From an uncultured Gemmatimonadaceae bacterium (GTDB lineage Bacteria; Gemmatimonadota; Gemmatimonadetes; Gemmatimonadales; Gemmatimonadaceae), in contig CAVUDW010000002.1 of assembly GCA_963740355.1 (NCBI GenBank), positions 224,001 to 288,000 of the forward strand: a DNA stretch of 64,000 nucleotides, read 5' to 3'. Of this stretch, positions 1 to 11,036 are shown one piece after another. A program made the position numbers and the translations under genes. How positions within the stretch are numbered: the stretch's first letter is position 1; each line of letters begins with the position of its first letter. Under the pieces are notes generated by a model. That model was given only the letters and a program-made list of their open reading frames with translations, did no database searches and was not told the origin of the DNA.

Positions 1-281
1 CAGCGGATGGTGTCGAAGCCCTTGCCCGATTCGACAGCTCCATCGCGTTCGTCATCACCGACTGGAACATGCCGAACATGTCGGGCACTGAACTGGTGCA
101 GGCCCTGCGCCAGCGCGATGACGGTCGCACCGTGCCGGTGTTGATGGTGACTGCGCGCAGTGTGCGCGAGGACATCATCACGGCGCTCGAAGCCGGCGTC
201 AACAACTACATCGTGAAGCCCTTCACGCCACAGGTGCTGAAGGAAAAGATCGACAGTCTCATCGTCACACCGGCGGCGTGA
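1..281 (+). CDS. cheY: CheY-type single-domain response regulator, 5'-truncated by the window edge
   Basis: Frame is open from the window start (ADGVEAL...FVITDWNMP); receiver motifs DWNMP, LMVTA and YIVKPF; heads the che operon. Confidence 0.9.
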   Translation, partial: ADGVEALARFDSSIAFVITDWNMPNMSGTELVQALRQRDDGRTVPVLMVTARSVREDIITALEAGVNNYIVKPFTPQVLKEKIDSLIVTPAA

Positions 282-1006
282 ACATGTCGAAAGAACGGGC
301 CTCAGAACTGATGTACGACACGGCCTCCACGCTGCGCCTGCTCGATGCCGAGCTGGGCGAGCTGGCGCCGCGCCGTGCACCCGAATCACAGAGTACGACG
401 ACCGCAGAAGCGGCCGCTGCAATCGGCTCCACTGATCGCGTCCTGCCGCTGCTGCCCGCCCTCTTCGTGCGAGCGATGGGTGAAGTGCATGCGATGCTGG
501 CCTCGATTCGCACCGGACGCGAGCACATTCGCGCTGCCGCCACCGAGCGCCTCGCACACACCAACGAAAAGCTCGACGAGGTGTCGTCGGCCACCGCCAC
601 CGCAGCCATCGACATCATGGACGCGCTCGATCGCGCCGTGGCCAAGGTCGATGAACTCGAGACACCGGAAGTCCTGGCCGACGCCGACAAGGGCGTCGCG
701 ATTCGCGGTGACTTGCGCGATGAGCTCTTCGCCGTGATGGGCCACATGCAATTCCAGGACATCACGTCGCAGCAGATCATGCACGTGCAGTCACTGCTGG
801 CCGAGATGGAGGGGCGACTGACCGACATCGCGAACCTCTTCGATCATCAATCTGGTGACAGTGGCAGCGGCGCACCGGCACCGGTGCTCGCACCGCGTCA
901 GCAGAAGGATGCACACTCCTTCGACCCGAACGCGACCCTCGCCGATGCCGATGCCCGTCAGGCCCTGGCCGATGCGCTGGTTGAACGTGGTGCTGCCGGT
1001 GGCTGA
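278..1006 (+). CDS. cheZ: CheZ-like chemotaxis phosphatase
   Basis: Helical protein with MQFQDITSQQI, matching the CheZ D-x3-Q catalytic motif; lies between cheY and cheA. The start may be the ATG at 284. Confidence 0.75.
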   Translation: MNMSKERASELMYDTASTLRLLDAELGELAPRRAPESQSTTTAEAAAAIGSTDRVLPLLPALFVRAMGEVHAMLASIRTGREHIRAAATERLAHTNEKLDEVSSATATAAIDIMDALDRAVAKVDELETPEVLADADKGVAIRGDLRDELFAVMGHMQFQDITSQQIMHVQSLLAEMEGRLTDIANLFDHQSGDSGSGAPAPVLAPRQQKDAHSFDPNATLADADARQALADALVERGAAGG

Positions 1007-1042
1007 CTGGAACCGCTGCGTCCCCATGTCACTGATCCTGCG

Positions 1043-3388
1043 ATGATTCCGTCGGAACTCAACGACGCCGCGTTCATCGTCATGCAGCTCGAGCCGAGCG
1101 AGCACGATGACATCAAGGCGTTACGCGACACGTTGCGACACTTCGCGGTGTTCGACGCCACGGCCAGCACGCAGGTCCGTGCCCACGCCCAGCAGGCGGC
1201 GACCTATCTCAACCTGATCCTGCTCGGTGGCTCGGCGGATGACGCCGGGCTGCTGGTACAGGCCAGCGAAGCCATTGATTCCGCGATCAAGACCGCGGAA
1301 GCCTCCTCGATCGGCGCGCCGCGCGTGACCGAGGCGGACCTGGTCGCCATCGTGCACGACGCCGGCGATGCAGACGCGCTCAGCGAATCGATGGAGGCGA
1401 CGGCGGCAGCCGCGCCGAAGAAGCGAAAGACGACGCCCGCCGCATCCACCAAGGCGACGCCGGCCGTGCCAGTGCCAGTTTCTGCGCCAGTGCAGGCCGC
1501 CGTTCCGGCGCCCGCGCCGACAGTCGTGCAACACGTGCCACAGCCTGCGGTGTCGATTGCAGCCGCGTCGGTGCCTTCGGCACCCGCCGTCGAGGTGCAC
1601 CCCACCGCGGTGGATGGTGGCACGATTCCCGATGACGCCGACCTCGCGCTGCTGGGGGACTTCATTGCGGAAAGCCGCGAAGGCATGGCAGGCGCCGAAG
1701 CTGCACTCCTCGAGCTCGAAGCCAATCCGGAAGATCTGGAAGCGATCAACACCGTCTTCCGCGCCTTCCATACGGTCAAGGGCACCGCAGCCTTCATGGG
1801 TCTCGATCGCCTGGCCGAATTCGCACACCACGCCGAGTCGCTGCTGAGCCGCGTGCGTGATCGCGAACTGCCGTATACGCAGGCGGTCGCCAACCTGTCG
1901 TTGCGCTCCAACGACGTGCTGGGCGAGTTCCTCGATGCGATCGAGAAGTCCGTGCATGCGCACGAACCGATCGCGTTGCCGCGGGACTACGCAGACCTGA
2001 TGCATGACCTGCTCAACGTCGATGCCGTGCTGGCTGGGATCGCGACGCGGACCGTCGCCGCCGCTGCACCGACGTCCGAGTCCGCCGCGCCAGTCGCCAC
2101 GACTGCTGCTGCTGCCAGTGCGTCGAGCTCGGCGCCGGTGCTCGTACAGCGCGCCGCTGATGCGGTGCGTGGTGGCGTGAAGACGGAAGCGGACCTGTCG
2201 GTTCGCGTGCGAACCGACCGCCTCGATCGCCTCATCGACATGGTCGGTGAGCTGGTCATCGCACAGTCGATGATTGCCGCCGATCCGGCCGTGACGGCGA
2301 TCGGTCAGCACGACCTGGTGAAGAAGGTCTCGCATGCCGGCAAGATCATGCGCGAGCTGCAGGACCTGAGCATGTCGATGCGCATGGTGCCGCTCAAGTC
2401 GACCTTCCAGAAGCTGACACGCCTCGTGCGTGACGTGGCCCTCAAGGCTGGCAAGGTCGTCGAGCTGGTGACCGACGGTGAAGAGACGGAGCTCGATCGC
2501 AACATGGTCGATGCGATCGCCGATCCACTGGTGCACATGGTGCGCAATGCCGTCGACCATGGGGTCGAAGGGCCGGCCGATCGTGAACGCGCGGGCAAGC
2601 CCCGCGCTGGGCGCGTCAAGCTGGCCGCCTTCCAGCAGGGCGGCAGCGTGATCGTCGAACTGCGCGACGACGGCCGCGGCCTCAATCGTGACCGCATCCT
2701 CGCGAAGGCGATCGAGAAGGGACTGGTGTCGGCGAATCACTCGCTCACCGATTCCGAGATCAACGCCCTCATCTTCGCACCTGGCTTCAGTACCGCCGAG
2801 ACGGTGACCGACATCTCTGGCCGCGGAGTCGGCATGGATGTGGTGCGCCGCAACATCGAGTCGATTCGCGGGCGCATCGACATCCAGTCGGTGCTCGGGC
2901 AGGGCACGACCTTCCAGATTCGCCTGCCGCTCACCCTCGCGGTGACCGATGGCATGCTGGTGCGCGTTGCCGATGAACGCTACATCGTGCCGCTGACCAG
3001 CATCTCGCTCAGCTTCCGTCCTGAGCCCGACATGCTCTCGACGATTCCGCCGAACGGCGAAGTCGTGATGCTGCGTGGAGAAGTGCTGCCGGTGGTTCGC
3101 CTGCACCAGATGTTCGGCATCCCGAACGCGGTCACCAACCCGAGCGAGGCGATCCTGATGATCGTCGGCGACGGCGCGCAGCGTGTGGCGCTGCTGGTGG
3201 ACCAGTTGCTCGGACAGCAGCAGGTGGTGGCGAAGGCGCTCGGTGATGGTGTGGGTGAAATCCCCGGCATCTCCGGCGGCGCAATCCTCAGCGATGGTCG
3301 TGTGGGCCTGATCATCGACGTCGCCCGCATGACATCACTCGCTCGCACCGGCGATGCACGGCCGCGCGGCCTGTCGCACGCAGCCTGA
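1043..3388 (+). CDS. cheA: Chemotaxis histidine kinase CheA
   Basis: Hpt (FRAFHTVKG), dimerisation region (VRVRTDRLDRLIDMVGELVI), HATPase (HMVRNAVDHG, DDGRG, GRGVGMDVV) and C-terminal CheW domain. Confidence 0.97.
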   Translation: MIPSELNDAAFIVMQLEPSEHDDIKALRDTLRHFAVFDATASTQVRAHAQQAATYLNLILLGGSADDAGLLVQASEAIDSAIKTAEASSIGAPRVTEADLVAIVHDAGDADALSESMEATAAAAPKKRKTTPAASTKATPAVPVPVSAPVQAAVPAPAPTVVQHVPQPAVSIAAASVPSAPAVEVHPTAVDGGTIPDDADLALLGDFIAESREGMAGAEAALLELEANPEDLEAINTVFRAFHTVKGTAAFMGLDRLAEFAHHAESLLSRVRDRELPYTQAVANLSLRSNDVLGEFLDAIEKSVHAHEPIALPRDYADLMHDLLNVDAVLAGIATRTVAAAAPTSESAAPVATTAAAASASSSAPVLVQRAADAVRGGVKTEADLSVRVRTDRLDRLIDMVGELVIAQSMIAADPAVTAIGQHDLVKKVSHAGKIMRELQDLSMSMRMVPLKSTFQKLTRLVRDVALKAGKVVELVTDGEETELDRNMVDAIADPLVHMVRNAVDHGVEGPADRERAGKPRAGRVKLAAFQQGGSVIVELRDDGRGLNRDRILAKAIEKGLVSANHSLTDSEINALIFAPGFSTAETVTDISGRGVGMDVVRRNIESIRGRIDIQSVLGQGTTFQIRLPLTLAVTDGMLVRVADERYIVPLTSISLSFRPEPDMLSTIPPNGEVVMLRGEVLPVVRLHQMFGIPNAVTNPSEAILMIVGDGAQRVALLVDQLLGQQQVVAKALGDGVGEIPGISGGAILSDGRVGLIIDVARMTSLARTGDARPRGLSHAA

Positions 3389-3495
3389 CCTGATATCTCA
3401 AGCCTGACGCACGCTTTGTCGATACTCACCAGGGATGCGCCGCTGTCGGCGCAGCCCATTGCGATTCCGCCCTCGCACGACTCCTTGGAGATGGC

Positions 3496-3993
3496 ATGAC
3501 CAGCACCGTTGACCGCACCGCCGCATCGCTCGGTGGCAAGTACCTGACGTTCTTCCTCGCGGGCGAGGAGTACGGTGTCGAGATCCTGCGCGTGCAGGAA
3601 ATCATCAGCATGATGCCTGTGACCCGTGTGCCGCGCACCCCGCCGTACATCCGGGGCGTGATCAACCTGCGTGGCAAGGTGATCCCGATCATGGATCTGC
3701 GCGAGAAGTTCGGCATGCCCGCGTCCACCGAGCCGGAACAGGTGATGATCGTGGTGCAGGTGGATGGTGTGCAGATCGGCGTGGTGGCTGACAAGGTCTC
3801 CGAGGTGGCGAGCATCGCCTCCGAGGACATCGACCCGACACCGGATTTCGGCGCCGAGTTCCACACCGAATTCCTGCTCGGCCTCGGCAAGTCGAATGGT
3901 CGCTTGCGCCTGCTGCTCGACATCGAGCGTGTGCTGTCGACCGACGAAGTGACGGCGATCGCCTCGATTCCGGCGCTCAACCAGGCCGACTGA
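3496..3993 (+). CDS. cheW: Chemotaxis coupling protein CheW
   Basis: YLTFFLAGEEYG, VPRTPPYIRGVINLRGKVIPIMDLR; GGAG RBS upstream. Confidence 0.97.
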   Translation: MTSTVDRTAASLGGKYLTFFLAGEEYGVEILRVQEIISMMPVTRVPRTPPYIRGVINLRGKVIPIMDLREKFGMPASTEPEQVMIVVQVDGVQIGVVADKVSEVASIASEDIDPTPDFGAEFHTEFLLGLGKSNGRLRLLLDIERVLSTDEVTAIASIPALNQAD

Positions 3994-4053
3994 TCGACGC
4001 GCTTCGGCGCACGTTCGACGTTCCCACCCGCTCGTCGGCCACTCGAGGCACCG

Positions 4054-4099
4054 GATCACCCAGGCTTCCCGCAGACCATCCGTGGTTGCCTGGGTGATC
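4054..4099 (+). repeat. 12-bp perfect inverted repeat in the cheW-cheR spacer
   Basis: GATCACCCAGGC (4054-4065) / GCCTGGGTGATC (4088-4099); no U-tract follows. Confidence 0.6.
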
Positions 4100-4151
4100 T
4101 GCGTCTCCGGCCTCGCGCCGCCGACTGACCGCTCCCCGCCATCCCCGCCGC

Positions 4152-4982
4152 ATGTCGTCCATCAGTAGCCCAGACACGTTCATGAGTGCGCCCGAGCTCT
4201 CGGCGGAAGACTTCCGCCGCGTGCGTCGGATCGCGTACGAACGTGCCGGCCTCGCGATTCCTGCGGGCAAGGAAGGACTGGTGCGCTCGCGCGTCTCGAA
4301 GCGCCTCCGTGAACGCCGCATCCCATCGTTCAACGCCTACCTCGACACCGTCGAGGCCGAGAAGAATGGCGAGGAGTTGGTGAAGCTGATCGACCTGCTC
4401 ACCACCAACAAGACGGACTTCTTCCGCGAGCCCGCGCACTTCGACTTCCTGCTCAACCACGTCGTTCCCTCGGTGGTTGCCGCCGGCACGCCGCTGCGCA
4501 TCTGGAGCGCCGGTTGCTCATCCGGCGAGGAACCGTACACGCTGTCGATGGTGCTGCGTGAAGCGCTGCCGCCGCGTTACGACTTCCGGATCCTCGCCAC
4601 CGACATCGGGACGCACGTGGTCGCCGCAGCCAAGCGCGGCAACTACACGGCGCAACAGCTCTCCGACGTCTCGGTCGCGCGCCGTCAGCGCTGGTTCACC
4701 TCGGGCGAGGATGGCAGCGGTACCGTCATTCCGGAATTGAAGGCGCCGATCAGCTTCGCGCACCTGAACCTGATGGCGAAGTGGCCGATGAATGGTCCGT
4801 TCGACGTCATCTTCTGTCGCAACGTGATGATCTACTTCGACAAGCCGACCGTCACCCGGCTGGTCGGACGGTTCCATGAGTTGCTGGCGCCTGGTGGACA
4901 CCTGTTCATCGGTCACTCGGAGAGCCTGACGGCGATCGAGCACAAGTACCGTTACGTGCAGCCGGCGGTGTACGCGAAATGA
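4152..4982 (+). CDS. cheR: Chemotaxis methyltransferase CheR
   Basis: TTNKTDFFRE, IWSAGCSSGEEPY, FDVIFCRNVMIYF, GHSESL. Confidence 0.97.
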   Translation: MSSISSPDTFMSAPELSAEDFRRVRRIAYERAGLAIPAGKEGLVRSRVSKRLRERRIPSFNAYLDTVEAEKNGEELVKLIDLLTTNKTDFFREPAHFDFLLNHVVPSVVAAGTPLRIWSAGCSSGEEPYTLSMVLREALPPRYDFRILATDIGTHVVAAAKRGNYTAQQLSDVSVARRQRWFTSGEDGSGTVIPELKAPISFAHLNLMAKWPMNGPFDVIFCRNVMIYFDKPTVTRLVGRFHELLAPGGHLFIGHSESLTAIEHKYRYVQPAVYAK

Positions 4983-5545
4983 GTCCCATCGAATCCGCCG
5001 CACCACCGCGCCCGGTGATCATCGGCATGGCCGACGTGAAGGTGTCCGACAAGCCGGACGAGACACTCATCACCTACGCGCTCGGCAGTTGCCTGGGCAT
5101 CGTGGTGCACGACCCGGTGGCACGCGTGGCCGGCCTGCTGCACGTGATGTTGCCCAGCTCGCAGATCGATGAGGCAAAGGCGAAGGCGCAGCCGGCGATG
5201 TTCGTGGACACCGGCGTGCCGCTGCTGTTCAAGGAGTGTTATCGCCTTGGCGCCCGGAAGGAACGCATGACCGTCAGTGTGGCGGGCGGCTCGTTCTCCG
5301 GACGGTCAGACGCCGATGACACCTTCCAGATCGGCAAGCGCAACATGCTCACGCTGCGCAAGCTACTGTGGAAAAACGGTGTCCTGATTCACGTCGACGA
5401 CACCGGCGGCGTGCAGCAGTCCCGCACCATGTCGGTGAATGTGTCCACCGGACTCGTACAGTTGCGCACCAACGGCACGCTGCGCGTGCTCTCGCCCGAG
5501 ACGCCGTCCTTCCCGTCGGCGCCTGCCGTCGCTTCCCCGAGGTAG
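4979..5545 (+). CDS. cheD: Chemoreceptor glutamine deamidase CheD
   Basis: TYALGSCLG, LLHVMLP, IGKRN, DTGG motifs; ATGA overlap with cheR. Confidence 0.93.
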   Translation: MSPIESAAPPRPVIIGMADVKVSDKPDETLITYALGSCLGIVVHDPVARVAGLLHVMLPSSQIDEAKAKAQPAMFVDTGVPLLFKECYRLGARKERMTVSVAGGSFSGRSDADDTFQIGKRNMLTLRKLLWKNGVLIHVDDTGGVQQSRTMSVNVSTGLVQLRTNGTLRVLSPETPSFPSAPAVASPR

Positions 5546-5925
5546 GGTCATGAATCTGAATGTGCTGATCGTCGACGACAGTGCCGTGATGCGCGCGATG
5601 ATTCGCCGCACGCTGTCGCTCTGTGGAATCCCGCTCGGCGAGGTCTACGAAGCCGCCAACGGCGTCGAGGCGCTCGAGCGGCTTGGTGAGCACTGGGTCG
5701 ATCTGGCCCTGCTCGATGTCAACATGCCGGTGATGGACGGCGAAGAGTTGCTCACGCGCATCCGGGCCAGCGAGGAATGGCGCGCGCTGGCCGTGATCAT
5801 CGTCAGCACCGAAAGCAGTGATACCCGACTGGCACGCCTGCGCGCACACAGCGTCGAAATCGTGCACAAGCCGTTCACTCCCGAACAGCTTCGCAATACC
5901 ATCCTCCAGGTCACCGGACTGACGC

Positions 5926-7478
<1,553 letters not shown>

Positions 7479-7485
7479 TCCGTGG

Positions 7486-7517
7486 CTGACGCCGCGCCCG
7501 TTGGTGCGCGGCGTCAG
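7486..7517 (+). terminator. GC-rich hairpin just after the cheB stop, possible terminator or mRNA 3' end
   Basis: CTGACGCCGCGC / GCGCGGCGTCAG 12-bp inverted repeat; lacks a U-tract. Confidence 0.5.
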
Positions 7518-7550
7518 GAGTGCGGTTCGGGTGGGTGCTAGATTTGGCCC

Positions 7551-8120
7551 ATGTCCGAACTCTCCCTCGAAGGCCACCTGCACCGCCGTTGCGGCGGGCA
7601 CTACGCGCTGGCCGTTGAAGAAGTCACGATCCGCCTCAGCGGCATGACCGCGCGGGTCGATCGCAGCATGTACAAGTGCGACAAGTGCGGCGACAAGCAG
7701 CACACCGTGGAGCAGCGTGAGGAAGCCGAACGCGAGGCGATCCTCACCATGCGCACCGAGCACACCCTGCTGACCGGCAAGGAGATCAAGCATTTCCGCG
7801 AGTCGGTCGGTCTCACCACGGCGCAGCTGGGCGAATTGCTGCACGGGCTGCCGAAAGGCATCGTGGAAGGGTGGGAGAAGGGCCGGTACCTGCAGAGCCC
7901 GGCCGTCGACGCGATGCTGCGTTCGCTGACCGATCGCGAAGAGCGCGAGCGCCGCGCGGTCCGCGCCGGATTCGTGTTGCCGCCGATCCCTGGAGAAGTG
8001 GTGCCTGAGGTGGCGCCGGACGTCGTCGATGGGGCGCCAGCGGCCGATGCAGTTCTGGAAGGACACGAACCGACCGGGGCGACTGAACCCGATCAGGCTG
8101 CGGCCAGCGTTCAGGTCTAG
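7551..8120 (+). CDS. MqsA/YgiT-like zinc-finger plus XRE helix-turn-helix protein
   Basis: HRRCGG...YKCDKCG N-terminal region, then EIKHFRESVGLTTAQLGELL...WEKGR HTH; acidic low-complexity tail. Confidence 0.75.
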   Translation: MSELSLEGHLHRRCGGHYALAVEEVTIRLSGMTARVDRSMYKCDKCGDKQHTVEQREEAEREAILTMRTEHTLLTGKEIKHFRESVGLTTAQLGELLHGLPKGIVEGWEKGRYLQSPAVDAMLRSLTDREERERRAVRAGFVLPPIPGEVVPEVAPDVVDGAPAADAVLEGHEPTGATEPDQAAASVQV

Positions 8121-8177
8121 GTACAGCGCGCGCGGTTTCACCGCGCCGTCGATCATCCTTTTCCGCTGAGTGTCGCC

Positions 8178-9551
8178 GTGCCGCAGTTCGTTCGCCGAAG
8201 CCCGATGCCCGTCTCTGCACGGGCACTGTTCGACTGGCATGAACAGCCCGGCGCGTTCGAACGCCTGAGCCCGGGGTGGCAGCAGGCAAAGGTGCTTTCG
8301 CGCACTGGCGGCATCACCGACGGCAGTCGCGTCGAGGTCGAGGTCCCGATCCTGGGTGGGTTGGTGCACCAGCGGATGCTGATGGAGCACAGCGGGTACG
8401 TGGCTGGCTCGCGCTTCGTGGATACGCAGATGGAAGGCCCGTTCGCCCGCTGGCAGCACACACACACCATGGAGCCGGCGGCCGACGGCTCCAGCGTGCT
8501 GGTCGATCAGATCGACTACGAGCTGCCGATGTCGCCCTTCGGTGACCTCGTGGCCGGCGGGTTCGTGGACCACCAGCTCAACCAGCTGTTCGACTTCCGA
8601 CATGCCCGCACGCGCACGGACCTGCTGCGGCACCTGGAGTTCGCGAGCCAGCCGCGTTTGACCGTCGCGATCACCGGCGGCACCGGGATGATCGGGACCG
8701 CTCTCACCTGGCTGCTGCGCACGGGCGGTCATACGGTGCGCTGGATCACCCGTCGGCCCGACGCTGCGCGTGGCGACATTGGCTGGAACCCTGACGCCGG
8801 AGTGCTCGACTCGGCTTCGCTGCAGGGCGTGGACGCGGTGATCCACCTTGCCGGTGCCAACGTCGGCGAGCGCTGGACCCCCGAGCACAAGCGAGACATC
8901 CGCTCGAGCCGAGAGCTCGGAACGCGGACGCTGGCGGCAGCGATCCTGAGGATGGACACTCCTCCGCAGTGTCTCGTTTCGACGTCAGCGATCGGCTACT
9001 ATGGCGATACTGGCTCGATGATGATTGAAGAAAGCGCGGGAAAAGGCTCCGGATTCCTCGCCGATGTGTGCGAGATCTGGGAGAACGAGACCCAGTCGGT
9101 GGCGGCCGCCGGTATCCGCGTTGCCATCGCCCGGACCGGTATCGTTCTCTCGCCACTGGGCGGGGCACTGGCCAAGATGCTCCCCGCCTTTCAGTTCGGG
9201 GTCGGCGGACCACTCGGTTCAGGCAAGCAATGGATGAGCTGGATCTCGCTCGATGACCAGGTCGGCGCCTTGCACCACCTGTTGATGAATGCGCGCTGCC
9301 GCGGCGTCTTCAACCTCACGGCGCCCAACCCCGTCCCGAACGTCGATTTCGTCCACACGCTCGGTCGCGTGCTGCAGCGTCCGGCCATCCTGCCGGTGCC
9401 GGGATTCGTGCTCAGCACCATTTTCGGCGAGATGGCGCAGGCCACGATCCTCGATGGCCAGCGAGTGCTGCCGTCGCGCCTGCGTGAAACGGAGTTCCAG
9501 TTCCAGCTCCCCTCGCTCGAGGAAGCATTACGCTTCGAGCTGGGGCGCTGA
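8178..9551 (+). CDS. SRPBCC domain fused to TIGR01777 (YfcH-like) NAD-dependent epimerase
   Basis: N-terminal LFDWHEQPGAFERL...GPFARWQHTH (SRPBCC); Rossmann ITGGTGMIG, HLAGANV, GSGKQWMSWI, FNLTAPNPV. Confidence 0.88.
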   Translation: MPQFVRRSPMPVSARALFDWHEQPGAFERLSPGWQQAKVLSRTGGITDGSRVEVEVPILGGLVHQRMLMEHSGYVAGSRFVDTQMEGPFARWQHTHTMEPAADGSSVLVDQIDYELPMSPFGDLVAGGFVDHQLNQLFDFRHARTRTDLLRHLEFASQPRLTVAITGGTGMIGTALTWLLRTGGHTVRWITRRPDAARGDIGWNPDAGVLDSASLQGVDAVIHLAGANVGERWTPEHKRDIRSSRELGTRTLAAAILRMDTPPQCLVSTSAIGYYGDTGSMMIEESAGKGSGFLADVCEIWENETQSVAAAGIRVAIARTGIVLSPLGGALAKMLPAFQFGVGGPLGSGKQWMSWISLDDQVGALHHLLMNARCRGVFNLTAPNPVPNVDFVHTLGRVLQRPAILPVPGFVLSTIFGEMAQATILDGQRVLPSRLRETEFQFQLPSLEEALRFELGR

Positions 9552-9644
9552 CCTGAAACCTTTTGACACACCCCATCGTCTTTCCGCTGTCACTGAGTCG
9601 GCCGCGCGGTCGCGCGTCACCGCATTCGGACGGAGACTGAAACC

Positions 9645-9911
9645 GTGGTCGCAATCATCATCGAAGGCGTGTTGTTCGTCGCGGCAATCGTGGCGTTCAC
9701 CGCCTTTTTGTTTTGGGGAGTCAAGGCGTTCACACCGCTCGGCACCCGCTGGAGGCAGGCAGAAAATCGCCGGCTGATCGACCAGCATGCCGCACTCACC
9801 TGCCCCATTCATGGATGGCAGGCGCCGGACTCCCTCGTGCGGCTCCCCAGCGGAGAGCCGCTCTGTTCAAAGTGCTACCAGGAGACTCTATATGGGCAGC
9901 TCGATCGGTGA
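9645..9911 (+). CDS. Small membrane protein with a putative C-terminal Zn finger
   Basis: N-terminal hydrophobic helix, CPIH...CSKC; GGAG RBS upstream; overlaps the next gene. Confidence 0.6.
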   Translation: MVAIIIEGVLFVAAIVAFTAFLFWGVKAFTPLGTRWRQAENRRLIDQHAALTCPIHGWQAPDSLVRLPSGEPLCSKCYQETLYGQLDR

Positions 9912-10821
9912 TCGCATCTCGCAGATGGGCGCTGCGGCGGCCGGAGGCGGGGGCGGAGCCAAGAAGGCCGTCCTTGCAATCGGTGTCGGCATCGCCGCGA
10001 TATGGCTTGCCAGCAGTTCGGTGTCCTACATCTCGCCCGGCCATGTCGGCATCGTCATTCATCGCGCGGGCGGTGGCGTGGACAAGACGCCGCTTGGGCC
10101 GGGCATCCACGGACGCAACCCGTTGCTGACGCAGATCGTCGAGTACCCGACGTTCATGCAGACGCTGGTGCTGACGCGCGGATCCACCGAAGGCTCGGTC
10201 AACAACGACGAGATCAACGTCAACTCGCAGGAGGGGCAGCCCCTCTCGGTCGATGTCTCGATGTCCTTCGAGCTCGACGCCGCGCGCGTTCCGCAGCTCT
10301 ACCAGACCTTCCGTACCGACATCGCCACGATCCAGCATGGCTATGTCAAGCAGACCATCCGGCAGGCGTTGCAGGAAGTGATCGGCAGTGAGCAGATCGC
10401 CGACATCATCGGCCCCAAGAAGGCCGAGGCGGTGGGGCGGGCGCAAACGCTCATCTCGAAGCGGTTGTCGGTGTACGGCATCGAGGTGAAGCAGTTCACG
10501 CTCAACGAACTGCGGGCGCCGGAAACCGTCATGTCGGCCATCAACACCAAGAACGTGATGCAGCAGCAGGCGCTGACGGCGCAGAACGAATTGCAGAAGA
10601 ACACCTTCCAGGCGCAGGGCGACAGCATCAAGGCTGTTGGGCGAGCGAAGGCGATCCTCGCGGAGGCGCAGGCACAGGCGCAGGCCAACGAGCTGCTCGC
10701 CAAGAGCATCTCGGGAAGCCTCGTGCAATACGAAATGGCGAAGAAGTGGAATGGCGTGATGCCGCAGGTCAGCGGTGCGGCGATGCCGATGATCCAGATG
10801 CCGGGCACCGCGAAGCCATAG
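9892..10821 (+). CDS. SPFH/band 7/prohibitin family membrane protein
   Basis: TM anchor, ISPGHVGIV, SPFH core, AQAQAQAN coiled coil, KKWNGVMPQV tail; start placed at the ATG at 9892. Confidence 0.88.
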   Translation: MGSSIGDRISQMGAAAAGGGGGAKKAVLAIGVGIAAIWLASSSVSYISPGHVGIVIHRAGGGVDKTPLGPGIHGRNPLLTQIVEYPTFMQTLVLTRGSTEGSVNNDEINVNSQEGQPLSVDVSMSFELDAARVPQLYQTFRTDIATIQHGYVKQTIRQALQEVIGSEQIADIIGPKKAEAVGRAQTLISKRLSVYGIEVKQFTLNELRAPETVMSAINTKNVMQQQALTAQNELQKNTFQAQGDSIKAVGRAKAILAEAQAQAQANELLAKSISGSLVQYEMAKKWNGVMPQVSGAAMPMIQMPGTAKP

Positions 10822-10865
10822 GTTGACGCATAAAGGCTCAGTTCGGCGAGGTCAACGGGACGGTC

Positions 10866-10922
10866 AGCAGGGGTCGGTGCGATCTGAATGCGTGACGCAT
10901 TCGATTCGCAGCGGCCCCTGTT
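10866..10922 (+). repeat. Long imperfect stem-loop downstream of the SPFH gene
   Basis: CAGGGG..TGCGA..GAATGCG-TGA-CGCATTC..TCGCA..CCCCTG nested pairing. Confidence 0.6.
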
Positions 10923-11036
10923 ACGTTGGTATTACAAGGATCTAAGCTTTAGACATCGGGGTACCTGCGGCGACTATCGCCGTGTCCGTTACCGACCCCG
11001 TTTCAGTTCTGCCTCTTCACCATCGAGGATCGACTT

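Noticed and set aside
1121..3106. 661-aa minus-strand ORF, and similar long antisense ORFs (7020-8888, 27614-29005, 38644-40062, 51433-53571)
   Set aside because: Shadows of well-supported plus-strand genes, expected in high-GC DNA; no recognisable motifs.
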